Below the pieces are notes generated by a model, which saw only the letters and a program-made list of their open reading frames with translations, had not been told where the DNA came from and did not search any database. A stretch of 64,000 nucleotides of DNA from Candidatus Bathyarchaeia archaeon (GTDB lineage Archaea; Thermoproteota; Bathyarchaeia; 40CM-2-53-6), in contig JBEKVV010000004.1 in assembly GCA_049513715.1 (NCBI GenBank), positions 160,001 to 224,000 on the forward strand. The letters are read 5' to 3'. Positions 1 through 9,625 of this stretch are shown piece by piece. Both the position numbers and the translations under genes were made by a program. The number at the start of each line of letters is the position of its first letter. The stretch's first letter is position 1.

Positions 1-438
1 ATCGCGGGTGTACGTCCATGAGGCGCGCTTGAAATCCGGCAGAACTACCTCGTCGCGTTCACGATCGTAGTATGGGGTTGGGGGGAATCCGTCAGTAATA
101 TGCTCCACTTTGAGTTCATCAGGTTTCGGAGCCTTCTGTCCCGGACTCCAGAATCGTCTGATGATTTTCCTTCTTTCTTCCTCTGACGCCTGCTCGATGG
201 CCTTTTTGATGATTGAGGTGACTTCGAAGACTTGCACTCCTTCGTCTTTGAGATATTGACTCAACTGTAGCCACTGTGTGTGCCCGCCGGCGTCGTAATC
301 TGCGTGTGCGCATCTTGGCAGGTACTGAAGGTTTGATTCAGTGCCGGTGAAGGGGAGTTTGTTCTCCCAGAAGTTCATTGCAGTATCCTGTAGTAGCACA
401 GCGTGCATTGTACCTGATTCTGATTTGACAGTCCACAT
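1..438 (-). CDS. Amidinotransferase / arginine deiminase family protein, truncated at window edge, not in the ORF track
   Basis: Manual translation from ATG at 438: MWTVKSESGTMHAVLLQD...ASWTYTRD, open to position 1; the V.SE.G.L..VLL start and (F/Y)TRD motif are typical of the family. Confidence 0.7.
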   Translation of the reverse strand, partial: MWTVKSESGTMHAVLLQDTAMNFWENKLPFTGTESNLQYLPRCAHADYDAGGHTQWLQLSQYLKDEGVQVFEVTSIIKKAIEQASEEERRKIIRRFWSPGQKAPKPDELKVEHITDGFPPTPYYDRERDEVVLPDFKRASWTYTRD

Positions 439-492
439 CTCAAAATCCCAATCTATCGTCCCGGTTCTTTCTTTAAGAGCCTGTTCTGGCCG

Positions 493-1269
493 CTAGAGGT
501 ACGATGACATGCCGCCGTCGACATTGAGCACTTGGCCCGTGACGTAGTCTGATGCTCTTGAAGCCAGAAACAAGATGGCGCCCTTCACATCCTCGGGCAC
601 GCCGAGTCTTCTCATCGGTACCCGTTCAATTATCCTGTCCTTCCTATGCTCGATCACCCATTCAGTCAAGTGCGTCGGGAAAAATGCGAGGGCGAGGGCG
701 TTAACCCTGATTCCGTACTTTGCCCACTTGACCGCTAGGTCTTTCGTGAAACTGATCAGCCCTCCCTTGCTGGCGTTGTAAGAGATCGCGTCGAGAATGT
801 TTTCGTCCGTTCCACTTAATGCCACAACTGAGGTTACGTTGATGATTACGCCACCGCCATCATGGATCATTCTTCGGCCAACCGCCTGGCTGCAGGTAAA
901 GGCTCCAGTCAAGTTCACCTCCAGAACCTTCTTCCAATCTTCCAGAGTCATCTTTTCCGGAGGCGCGGCCCACGCTATGCCTGCGTTGTTCACGAGAATG
1001 TTGATCCGTCCGAATTTCTCGTGTGCTACCGCGACCATTCGTTCCACTTCTTCAGGGTTTGTTACGTCTGCTTTGATGGCGAGCACTGTGCTTCCGGATT
1101 TTCGCAGTTCAGTCGCTGATTGTTCACAACGTGATAGATTTCGTGAGCATATGGCTAGGTTTGATCCGCCTTCGGCCAATGTCTCGGCAATAGTTAGGCC
1201 TATGCCCATTGAGCCGCCTGTGACTATCGCTGACGTTCCGCGTAAGCTAAAGATGTCCTGAGTTTTCAT
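493..1269 (-). CDS. SDR family oxidoreductase (gluconate 5-dehydrogenase-like)
   Basis: TGGSMGIG, NNAG and YNASK motifs. Confidence 0.9.
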   Translation of the reverse strand: MKTQDIFSLRGTSAIVTGGSMGIGLTIAETLAEGGSNLAICSRNLSRCEQSATELRKSGSTVLAIKADVTNPEEVERMVAVAHEKFGRINILVNNAGIAWAAPPEKMTLEDWKKVLEVNLTGAFTCSQAVGRRMIHDGGGVIINVTSVVALSGTDENILDAISYNASKGGLISFTKDLAVKWAKYGIRVNALALAFFPTHLTEWVIEHRKDRIIERVPMRRLGVPEDVKGAILFLASRASDYVTGQVLNVDGGMSSYL

Positions 1270-1338
1270 GGTTTCTCGGTCCCCTTCAGAGCGTAGTGTC
1301 TATTGCGCTTCGGCGGTTGAAGATTGTGGAAGCGCTTG

Positions 1339-2163
1339 CTAGACGCGGATGACGTAGTGTAATGATGAGTAGCCCATGAACTTGAGCGCTAGTATTGCGA
1401 CGGCGAGCGCCACAGTTGTGATTTGAGCAATGTAGTCGCCCGCTCTCAGTTTTGTCTCTTCGAGGTAGGTTCGGGTGGCTGGCGAGCCGAAGGCTCTACA
1501 TTCTAACGCAGTCTGGAGGGTTGTGGAAAGTTTCAGGAGGTATAGCAGAACAGGTGTTAGTGCGGCCGTATACACAGTGGCTTTCTTCGTTATCGGCAGT
1601 TTGTCTATGTCACGACCCCGGAGTTTCTGAGCTTGCATTACATTCCCCCATGTCTGGAAGACAAGTGGAACGAATCGCATACCCGTCACGAAGATTAGCG
1701 TGAACTGGTACGGTACTTTCAACTGTCCCATTTGCGCGGCTATCTTGGTCATTGGTGTCGTCATGGTTAGTATGGGCAGTGAGAAGACTACTGCAAGAAC
1801 TCGCATGAAGATGAGTGTTCCAAAGAGAAATCCCTCTAGGGTATACGCCGCGTAGTTGCGCGGACCAATCATAAGGACGCCCAGTTGGAAGAGTACTGTG
1901 TTGCCGAAGCGGTAAGTGAACCCCTGCAGGATTATGAGGAACAGATATGTCCCGAGGAGGATCTTGAGAATGATTCCTATCCGTCTGAGTTCAATTCCGC
2001 CGATTACCCACCAGACAAGCAAGAAGATTATCCAAATGCCCAGCAGGACATAATCCAAGGCAAAGAGGCTGATGATGAGACTGAGAACCGTCAATAGCAT
2101 CTTGCTGCTTGCTTGCAGCGCGTGGACTGGTGTGTCTTTTCTGATATACTCTAAGGTTGCCAT
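1339..2163 (-). CDS. ecfT: ECF transporter transmembrane component T
   Basis: Hydrophobic; AQKLRG and ALECRAF coupling motifs; adjacent to the ECF ATPase. Confidence 0.9.
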   Translation of the reverse strand: MATLEYIRKDTPVHALQASSKMLLTVLSLIISLFALDYVLLGIWIIFLLVWWVIGGIELRRIGIILKILLGTYLFLIILQGFTYRFGNTVLFQLGVLMIGPRNYAAYTLEGFLFGTLIFMRVLAVVFSLPILTMTTPMTKIAAQMGQLKVPYQFTLIFVTGMRFVPLVFQTWGNVMQAQKLRGRDIDKLPITKKATVYTAALTPVLLYLLKLSTTLQTALECRAFGSPATRTYLEETKLRAGDYIAQITTVALAVAILALKFMGYSSLHYVIRV

Positions 2164-2165
2164 TT

Positions 2166-3890
2166 TTATTTCCCTCCGGTCAGTGACTCAACCATCGAGT
2201 CCACTGTCATAATGTCTCCAGGAACGCCGTAAGGCTCAAGTTCCTTGGCCAAGACTGAAATTGGCGGCGGTTTGATGAAGGTCCTTCTTAACGTCTCGAC
2301 TTGAGTGAATACCTCGTACGTCGGGCCGTCCAAGAGAATTTCACCGTTTCCCATAACGACACTTCGGTCAGCGTATTGTGTAACCAGGTTCATGTCATGG
2401 GTAATCATAATCACGGTGTGTCCGGCCGCGTTCAGCTTCTTTCCCAGCCTTGCAATACGGTGTCTACCGAGATAATCTTGTGCCGTCGTGGGTTCGTCCA
2501 TTATGATTACGTCTGGCCTCATGGCTATCACTGCGGCGACCGTTAGGCTTCTTCGATCTCCGAAACTGAGCCTAAACGGAAAGACTTCTTTTTGTTTCTC
2601 GAGGCCGACGAAACCGAGCGCCTCATCTACTCTTCGTTGAATTTCGTCTTCGGGGAGTTTCAGGTTTCGAAGGCCGAACTCAACTTCTTCTCTGCATGAG
2701 ATCGTGAATAGCTGCTCGTCCGGGTTCTGGAGCACTAGGCCAATTGAGGTGGAGAGCTGACCCGTCGTGAAGGCTGCTATGTCTTTGCCTCTGAACAAGA
2801 CTTTGCCTTGAGTTGGCTTCAGCAATTTGAGAAATTGTTTCACGAGCGTTGTCTTCCCGGAGCCGTTCTGTCCGATAATCCCAATCATCTCGCCTTTGTA
2901 CACTTTCAAGTTCACGTTTCTGAGGGCTGTAACGGGTGGGAAACCTGGGTATGCGAAAGTGAGATTCTCGCATTCAAGGACAACTTCCCCGGAAGATGCT
3001 GTTTTCGGTCGGTTTAGTTTGGTCGGTTTCAGTTTCTTGCTTTCAATTAGAGAAACAATCTGTTTCTTGCTGTCAGGGATTGTAAGTAGGGGCGGTTTCT
3101 CCGGAGCAATCTTGTGTCCGAGTGTTGCTAGCTGAGGAACTTGAACTCCTACTTTTTCCAGTAGGTCAACTTGGGAGAAGACTTCGCTGGGCGTTCCCTG
3201 CGCTACTATGCTTCCTTCACTCAGGATTATTGCGCGATCAGCGAATGATGGTACATCTTCAGAAGCATGGGTTGTCAATATTGTAGTAATCTGATATTTC
3301 TCTTTCAGGTCAACGAGTGCCTGGAATACTTCAGTGGTGCCGATCGGGTCGAGTTGCGACGTAGGTTCGTCAAGGACTAACAATTTTGGTTGCATGCTGA
3401 GGCCAGCTGCAAGGGCAAGTCGCTGTTTTTGTCCACCCGATAGCTCCATCGGCGAGCGCGCTTCATACCCCTGAAGCCCAACTGCTTGCAACGCCCATTT
3501 TGCTCTTCGCATTATTTCCTCTCTAGGGAGGCCGAGGTTCTCCGGACCGAATGCCACCTCCATTAGAACGTCTGGGTTTACGAGTTGGCCTTCTGGGTCC
3601 TGTGTTACGAAACTAATTTTCTGTGCCAATTCATGCACTGGATGTTCGTAGACATCCATTCCGCAGACAATCGCTTTTCCTGCGGTCGTTCCCTGAACTA
3701 TGTGGGGTATGATTCCTGTAAGGTGGCGACACAATGTAGTCTTCCCAGCGCCATTCGGTCCCATCACAGCGATTATCTCGCCCCTTGAAACTTCCAAGCG
3801 TATGTCTTTGATTGCTTGGACATTGTCCGGGTAAGTGAATGTGAGGTTTTGAATCTCCGCTATGGTCTCGTTGCTCATCTCTGCGTTCAC
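2166..3890 (-). CDS. ECF transporter ATPase with two fused ABC domains
   Basis: Two Walker A motifs (GPNGAGKT, GQNGSGKT), signatures LSGGQ and LSFGD, two DEPT motifs. Confidence 0.92.
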   Translation of the reverse strand: MNAEMSNETIAEIQNLTFTYPDNVQAIKDIRLEVSRGEIIAVMGPNGAGKTTLCRHLTGIIPHIVQGTTAGKAIVCGMDVYEHPVHELAQKISFVTQDPEGQLVNPDVLMEVAFGPENLGLPREEIMRRAKWALQAVGLQGYEARSPMELSGGQKQRLALAAGLSMQPKLLVLDEPTSQLDPIGTTEVFQALVDLKEKYQITTILTTHASEDVPSFADRAIILSEGSIVAQGTPSEVFSQVDLLEKVGVQVPQLATLGHKIAPEKPPLLTIPDSKKQIVSLIESKKLKPTKLNRPKTASSGEVVLECENLTFAYPGFPPVTALRNVNLKVYKGEMIGIIGQNGSGKTTLVKQFLKLLKPTQGKVLFRGKDIAAFTTGQLSTSIGLVLQNPDEQLFTISCREEVEFGLRNLKLPEDEIQRRVDEALGFVGLEKQKEVFPFRLSFGDRRSLTVAAVIAMRPDVIIMDEPTTAQDYLGRHRIARLGKKLNAAGHTVIMITHDMNLVTQYADRSVVMGNGEILLDGPTYEVFTQVETLRRTFIKPPPISVLAKELEPYGVPGDIMTVDSMVESLTGGK

Positions 3891-3947
3891 CGCTAACTTG
3901 GGACACGTATTTCGAGAGAATATAGAAAAAGGGAGGTAGGGGAAACC

Positions 3948-4766
3948 CTACCATATCACGTTTGGCGGCTTCGCCATTCCGCTCTTTCCGAGGGCTGTCG
4001 CTATGGGTGCAGCGATTACTGTTGTTAGGATGGCAAACAGTGGCATGTACCATGGGTACACGAACGCGGCTTGGAAGAACAGGAGGGCAGCGGGGTATTG
4101 GTAGATGATCCAGAACGACCAGAAGGTTGGTGTCAGGTAGAATAGGTTGAATCCCATCCAAGTTCCTAGGAACAAGCCGAGAAATCTCCGTGACGGATTA
4201 GTGCTTCGCGCCCATTTGTAGATGTACTTGGTTCCAAGAGGTGATAGCATCACTATGGCCGGCAGTAGCCAGAAGTACATTATTACCATCCCGTATTGTG
4301 TTGGGTCTATTGGCGACCAACCACCACTCAGACATGGCACGCATGGAAAGACGTACACGATCACATAGAATGAAGCTGTTGCGATTGCGAGTACTGCTGC
4401 GTAAATAGCGACCCATTTCTTTGGTCCAGAATTGAGCGTCAGTCCGACCATGATGGCTGGAATTGTGGCGACTTGAAAGGCGTCAAATATCCCGAGGGGG
4501 TATGCCCCGGGTGCAATGAACATGCCAATCAATCCGCCTACGAAAGCACTGATGATTCCTGGAATTGGACCCAAGATAAGAGGTCCTACGGCTGCTAGCA
4601 CTACTGCGAGTGGCCAGTATCCGTTTCCTCCTGGGTATGGTAGCAGTGGGACGAACGAAGTGACGCCGACGAGGGCGCCGTATGCTGCAATCCATGCGAT
4701 TGGTGTTCCCATTATGTAGGATCGGCCTTTTGGTTTCGATGTCATTTTCTTTTCACTTCCGTTCAA
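3948..4766 (-). CDS. Putative ECF substrate-specific (S) component
   Basis: Polytopic membrane protein with LILGPIPGIISAFVGGLIG pattern, upstream of ECF A/T genes. Confidence 0.65.
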   Translation of the reverse strand: MNGSEKKMTSKPKGRSYIMGTPIAWIAAYGALVGVTSFVPLLPYPGGNGYWPLAVVLAAVGPLILGPIPGIISAFVGGLIGMFIAPGAYPLGIFDAFQVATIPAIMVGLTLNSGPKKWVAIYAAVLAIATASFYVIVYVFPCVPCLSGGWSPIDPTQYGMVIMYFWLLPAIVMLSPLGTKYIYKWARSTNPSRRFLGLFLGTWMGFNLFYLTPTFWSFWIIYQYPAALLFFQAAFVYPWYMPLFAILTTVIAAPIATALGKSGMAKPPNVIW

Positions 4767-4775
4767 TGGAGTTGC

Positions 4776-5051
4776 TTACTTTTCCTTAACTGCGTATGAT
4801 GCACCGAAGAGAACTATGCCAAGCACTAGCATGCCGGCGACATACATCCATAGTCGGCCGGGGAATATGTCGACGCCGTTCCAGAAGTAATCAACGACCG
4901 CCGGGTGTTTCGCACACCAAGTGGGGTTCGCTGGACAGGTATAGCCCGTTCTGACTGTGTCCATGAGGTAAGGTAGGATGAACATGACTACGCTGACCAA
5001 GATCAATGCGATGCCGACGTACTTGAGGGCAGCTTTTGTTCCTTTAGCCAA
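4776..5051 (-). CDS. Small two-TM membrane protein
   Basis: Two hydrophobic helices, in operon; TTG start at 5051 is likely. Confidence 0.55.
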   Translation of the reverse strand: MAKGTKAALKYVGIALILVSVVMFILPYLMDTVRTGYTCPANPTWCAKHPAVVDYFWNGVDIFPGRLWMYVAGMLVLGIVLFGASYAVKEK

Positions 5052-5177
5052 TTTTCTATAATTCCTCCATATAGCGGGGTGACTCGGTCGATTCTGATTG
5101 TATATTAAAGAGTGGAAAAGCCTTTCGTTGACTTTCAATTCGACGTAGACCACGAAAGTACTGGTTCTGAGCGGCTG

Positions 5178-6608
5178 TCAGAGGTCGAGTCCTTGGCGCC
5201 GTGCTTGAGAGTACTCGTAGAGTGCTCTCGCGCCTGCGATGGCTGCTTCCGGGGTAAGGTAGACGGGAAGCTTGAACTCTGCTGCTTCCGAGAGGAGTTC
5301 ACGGTGCGTTTCAGAAGTTATCGCCGTAAGTACCGGAAGGATGGGTTTGGAGACTTTGCCGCCAGCGATCTTATGCAGCCGCTCCAGGGCTCTGAGCACA
5401 TCGCTGAAGATTTCTTGCGGCCAGTAGCTGATTCCTAGAATCAGCATGTCGCAGTTCCTGTCTTGAAGAATTATCCGCGCAATCGATTCAAGGGAATCGG
5501 GGAATTCCTTCGGTCCCACGAGCGCGGTGATGTCAAGTGGGTTATTGGCTCTCGCAAGCGACGGTAAGACCTTCGCAAGCTCCTCCCGGGTTTGATCCTC
5601 AAAATCCGGGACCGTGAGTCCCTCTTGATCCGCTTGGTCTGCGAACACTGCCGCTATTCCTCCGGAATCTGCGACGATTCCAAGTCGGTTGCCAGCAGGC
5701 AAGGGCTCCCAAGCCAAGGCCAGGGGCAAATCGACTAATTCTTGGATACTCCTAGCTCGCACAATTCCTAGCTGTCGAAACAGGCCCATATAGACCCCAT
5801 ATTTACCTGCAATAGCCCCGGTGTGTGTAAGAGCGGTCTTCCTGCCCTGTTCCGAGCGACCTACCTTGAGGATGACGAGGGGTTTTCGGGCCTCAAACGC
5901 CGTCTTGGCTGCGCGAATGAACCTAGGTCCATCTCTGACGGCTTCGAGGAAAACCGAGATGACTTTCGTATCGGGGTCTTTCGCAAAGTACTCGATGTAG
6001 TCGGCCACTTGTAAATCCATTTCATTGCCGGAAGAAACCCACCCGCTCGCACCTGCTTTTCTTTCCCAAAGCTTGTGCAGCACGAATTCGCCGACTCCAC
6101 CGCTCTGGGTGACGAAGGCGATGTTGCCCCGGATGGGTGAGGTATGTGACAGGAATGTGGCCCAATTTCTCGCGCCTAAATGGATGACCCCTTCACAGTT
6201 CGGGCCGCAAATCCTCATTCCACTACTGTGCGCCTGGGCCAACAGCTCTGTACGCTCTACTTCTGGTTGGGCGGTCCCGAATTCTACTTCAGCGGTGATT
6301 ACTATGGTTGCTTTCACACCGATTCTGATGCACTCTTGAAGGACCTGCTTCACTCCCGAGCTGGGGATTATGATTATCGCCAGATCAGGAATTTCTGGAA
6401 GATTGCTGATGGAGTCGTAGCATTTGATTCCTGAGATTTCAGGGCGCTTGGGGTTGACTGGAAAAATCTTTCCGCTGTATCCGATTTGTTTCATCCCGGG
6501 AATGATCCAGCTACTGAATTTCAGCGGGTCGTCTGAGACTCCGATGATGGCTACGGATTTGGGTTTGAATAGAGGATCGAGGTTGCTTGGTTCGTCGTCT
6601 GGGGACAT
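5178..6608 (-). CDS. Acyl-CoA synthetase (ADP-forming) alpha subunit
   Basis: PKSVAIIG, GPNCEG, QSGG, SSGNE, THTGAIAG (phospho-His) and NPLD motifs. Confidence 0.9.
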   Translation of the reverse strand: MSPDDEPSNLDPLFKPKSVAIIGVSDDPLKFSSWIIPGMKQIGYSGKIFPVNPKRPEISGIKCYDSISNLPEIPDLAIIIIPSSGVKQVLQECIRIGVKATIVITAEVEFGTAQPEVERTELLAQAHSSGMRICGPNCEGVIHLGARNWATFLSHTSPIRGNIAFVTQSGGVGEFVLHKLWERKAGASGWVSSGNEMDLQVADYIEYFAKDPDTKVISVFLEAVRDGPRFIRAAKTAFEARKPLVILKVGRSEQGRKTALTHTGAIAGKYGVYMGLFRQLGIVRARSIQELVDLPLALAWEPLPAGNRLGIVADSGGIAAVFADQADQEGLTVPDFEDQTREELAKVLPSLARANNPLDITALVGPKEFPDSLESIARIILQDRNCDMLILGISYWPQEIFSDVLRALERLHKIAGGKVSKPILPVLTAITSETHRELLSEAAEFKLPVYLTPEAAIAGARALYEYSQARRQGLDL

Positions 6609-6748
6609 TACTATTTGCTCCTGGCATCTTCCGAGAGTGAAGTGGGCTACTTGTTGCCTTGCGCGGAGTCAGAGTGTGAGAAAATAGATTAGGCAGTGGT
6701 GGGCTGTCTCACTCTTTCTTTTGTGGCTTCTGCTACACTACGGGTTTG

Positions 6749-7678
6749 TTAAGTCATTGTGAGGGCCAGTACCGCTTTCTCCGTATGCATTCGGTTTTCG
6801 GCTTGATCCCAGACCGCGGAGTGTGGTCCTTCGATTATCTCATCCGTCATTTCTTCTCCCCTGTAGCCTGGTAGGCAGTGCATGAAAATGAAGTCACCAG
6901 CCGCGCCCTGGGCCACTGTAGAATTGATCTGGTAGGGTGCGTAGTCTCTCAGCCGCTTCTCCTTTTCCTTCTCGGGCCCTCCCATGCTGTGCCATGTGTT
7001 AGCGTAAAGGACGTCTGCATTCTTCACGGCCAATTTCAAATCGTCAGTGACCACGATTTCAGCGCCCGTCTCCTTCGCTTTAGCGGTTGCAAACTTCATG
7101 ATTGTCTCGTTTGGTTCGTATCCCTTGGGACGCGCAACGCTCAATTTGAATCCGAGGATGGATGCGGCGACAATCAAGCTGTGGCAAACATTCCAAACGT
7201 CCCCAGCGTAACAGACTTTGATATCGTGGAGTCTTCCTTTGTACTCCCGGATGGTGAGAAGGTCAGCAAGGCCTTGGCATGGGTGTGTGAGGTCGGTCAA
7301 GGCATTGATTACGGGGTTCTCCATGTAATTGGCGAACTCCTGAATCCGATCCTGCCCAAACGTTCGCATGACTAGGGCATCACAATATCTGTCAATCACC
7401 CTGGCCGTATCTTTTATCGGCTCTCCCCTTGCGAGCTGCATCTCGTCAGGTCTCATGTAGAAGCTCTGGGCTCCCAAATGTGCAATCGCAGCTTGGAATG
7501 ATGTTCTGGTCCTGGTGGAGGGTTTTTCGAAAAGAACCGCCACTGTTCGGCCGCGTAGGTATTCATGCGGTTCATGTTGTTTCCATTTCTGCTTCAGCTC
7601 TCTTGCCGTATCAAGTATAGCTGATATTTCGACTTTGGAATAATCCATCAAAGAAAGGAAGTCTCTTCCGCGAAACAC
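6749..7678 (-). CDS. argF: Ornithine carbamoyltransferase family enzyme
   Basis: FEKPSTRTR, HPCQ, HCLP and QAENR motifs; could act on another amine substrate. Confidence 0.85.
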   Translation of the reverse strand: MFRGRDFLSLMDYSKVEISAILDTARELKQKWKQHEPHEYLRGRTVAVLFEKPSTRTRTSFQAAIAHLGAQSFYMRPDEMQLARGEPIKDTARVIDRYCDALVMRTFGQDRIQEFANYMENPVINALTDLTHPCQGLADLLTIREYKGRLHDIKVCYAGDVWNVCHSLIVAASILGFKLSVARPKGYEPNETIMKFATAKAKETGAEIVVTDDLKLAVKNADVLYANTWHSMGGPEKEKEKRLRDYAPYQINSTVAQGAAGDFIFMHCLPGYRGEEMTDEIIEGPHSAVWDQAENRMHTEKAVLALTMT

Positions 7679-7688
7679 TCATCATCAC

Positions 7689-8843
7689 CTAGTTCTGCAC
7701 TTTTCGGAAGTCGAACACACTTCCTATTTGTGCGTATTGTGCCCCTCGTCGTTTCTTGAATTCTTCGAAGAACATATCAGGGTCGATCGCGTCAGGGGGA
7801 AGAACACCGTGCTCCTTGATTTTTCCTTCCGCAAGCATCATCGTTCCTATGAAAAGCGGGAGGACCGTTCCGCTCACCATTGTTCCGACCGAAGTGTGAA
7901 TGTGTGTGACTTGTTCGCCGTTAGTTTCTCCGATGACCTCGATTCGTTGTGCGGCGACAGCAGGTATATTCTTCTTGGCCTGCATTATCTTCATTGAAAC
8001 CGCTGTCAGAAAGTCGACCGCGGCAATCTGTGTCCCGTCAATATCGTAGTTGTCCATGAGGCTGGCGCCTGCTTTTACCCAACTCTCTATGAGATCGTGA
8101 ATATCGCCAGGGAAGATGCCGCCTCGAACTGTGACGTTCTTCACCCCTTTCACGTACATTGGGATGGTCAAGATTTCGGGATGGTCGAAGTAAACAACAT
8201 CCACCTTTCCGACGGGGGGTGGAAACTCAACGAACTCTCTTCCAGAGAATGGCGGAACTTGAACGATCTTGCCCTCCAGATATTGATGCGGTTCACCGTA
8301 GCAATGAAGACAATGTTTCATGACAGAAGGACCAAACGGATCTGTTTGGCTTGAGGTCCAGGCGATGTGTACATCGCTCACAGAATCCATTCTCTGCGCA
8401 CTGTACTGCACCTGGATGTTCGAAAGGCCGGGGCTACTTCCAAGCGAGGTTAGAATCGTAGCATTAGCTTCCTTTGCGGCCTTATCGAGCTTCACTATCT
8501 CCTTCGCTGCAACCAACTCATCACAAATGTCCGCGTACTTGACTCCTAGTTCGATGGCTGCTTTGATCGTGTTGACTCCGTACTTGTAGTAGGGGCCTAC
8601 ACAGTTGACGACTATGTCCGTATTCTTCATCGACCTCCTCAATTCGTCAGCGTTCTCAACATCTACTACCTCGGACTTCACAAGGTCGCTCCCAATTCGT
8701 CGGTTAACGTCAGCAGCAGCCTTCGTCGCTCTCTCTCTCGAGCGGTCAGCCACTCGCACCTCGGCTTTGCCGTATTTTGCAAGCAGGTATGTTGCTACAC
8801 TGCCCATCTGACCTGCGCTCAAAACGAGAATCCGCATTCCCAA
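7689..8843 (-). CDS. Saccharopine dehydrogenase-like NAD(P)-binding oxidoreductase
   Basis: Rossmann N-terminus, VVNCVGPY, YADI, LGSSPGLSN and HPE motifs. Confidence 0.8.
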   Translation of the reverse strand: MGMRILVLSAGQMGSVATYLLAKYGKAEVRVADRSRERATKAAADVNRRIGSDLVKSEVVDVENADELRRSMKNTDIVVNCVGPYYKYGVNTIKAAIELGVKYADICDELVAAKEIVKLDKAAKEANATILTSLGSSPGLSNIQVQYSAQRMDSVSDVHIAWTSSQTDPFGPSVMKHCLHCYGEPHQYLEGKIVQVPPFSGREFVEFPPPVGKVDVVYFDHPEILTIPMYVKGVKNVTVRGGIFPGDIHDLIESWVKAGASLMDNYDIDGTQIAAVDFLTAVSMKIMQAKKNIPAVAAQRIEVIGETNGEQVTHIHTSVGTMVSGTVLPLFIGTMMLAEGKIKEHGVLPPDAIDPDMFFEEFKKRRGAQYAQIGSVFDFRKVQN

Positions 8844-8996
8844 TCACAACCTCCTATGTTACGACTCCAATTCCGGATGGCGGACCGATTTGTTACTACT
8901 TATCTCTTCCACGGGTAATGAGAAAATCTCTGCGGCACTTTGGAACCGAAGGCATAGGGCACCAAGAATTTAGAAGACAAATCGCCCTAGTCTACA

Positions 8997-9614
8997 TTGA
9001 GGACACCCATCGAGGATTGGCCTTTGACTTCAACGGACTCATCGAGTGGCCTGCTAACGCGCTTCGCTACACAAGTAAAGGCCGTGGACGGACGTTTCGC
9101 TTCCATCACCCATCTCTCCGAAGCTCAGGAATACATGCTCAAGCTGATCAAATCAAAAAACGTCAAGAGAGTTGTGAGCGTCAACAAAGAACTCTCCTCG
9201 AAGCTCTTTCCGCCCAACAGCCCATTGAAAAACCTCGAAATAACCAGCAACGGGAGCTTGCCACGAGAGGAATTCTTCAAAGCAGTTCAAGTCGCAGAAG
9301 TTGGCATCTCAACCGTCGATACTGCCGTCGCAGAAACCGGCACGCTAGTCATTCTAACTTCAGATGAATCCGACCGGCTGGTTACCGCACTTCCCGAGAT
9401 CCACGTTGCTATTGTCCCTCGTTCCAAGATTGTTTCGTCGCTACATGATGTTGAACCACTTATCACAGAAATGCTCAACCAAACCAAAAGCGGCGCCACT
9501 GTCTCTCTGATCTCAGCCTCAAGCAGGACTGCTGACATAGGCGACAAGACAATTCTCGGAATGCACGGCCCCAAGGAATTGCACGTCCTGGTGCTCGACG
9601 AGGAGCTGCTCTGA
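8997..9614 (+). CDS. lutC: LutC/YkgG (LUD domain) protein
   Basis: AVAETGTLV, LPEIHVA, SRTADI and GMHGP motifs. Confidence 0.85.
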   Translation: MRTPIEDWPLTSTDSSSGLLTRFATQVKAVDGRFASITHLSEAQEYMLKLIKSKNVKRVVSVNKELSSKLFPPNSPLKNLEITSNGSLPREEFFKAVQVAEVGISTVDTAVAETGTLVILTSDESDRLVTALPEIHVAIVPRSKIVSSLHDVEPLITEMLNQTKSGATVSLISASSRTADIGDKTILGMHGPKELHVLVLDEELL

Positions 9615-9625
9615 GGTAGAAAGCC

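Noticed and set aside
119..313. 64-aa Arg-rich ORF
   Set aside because: Alternative frame inside the amidinotransferase-like CDS
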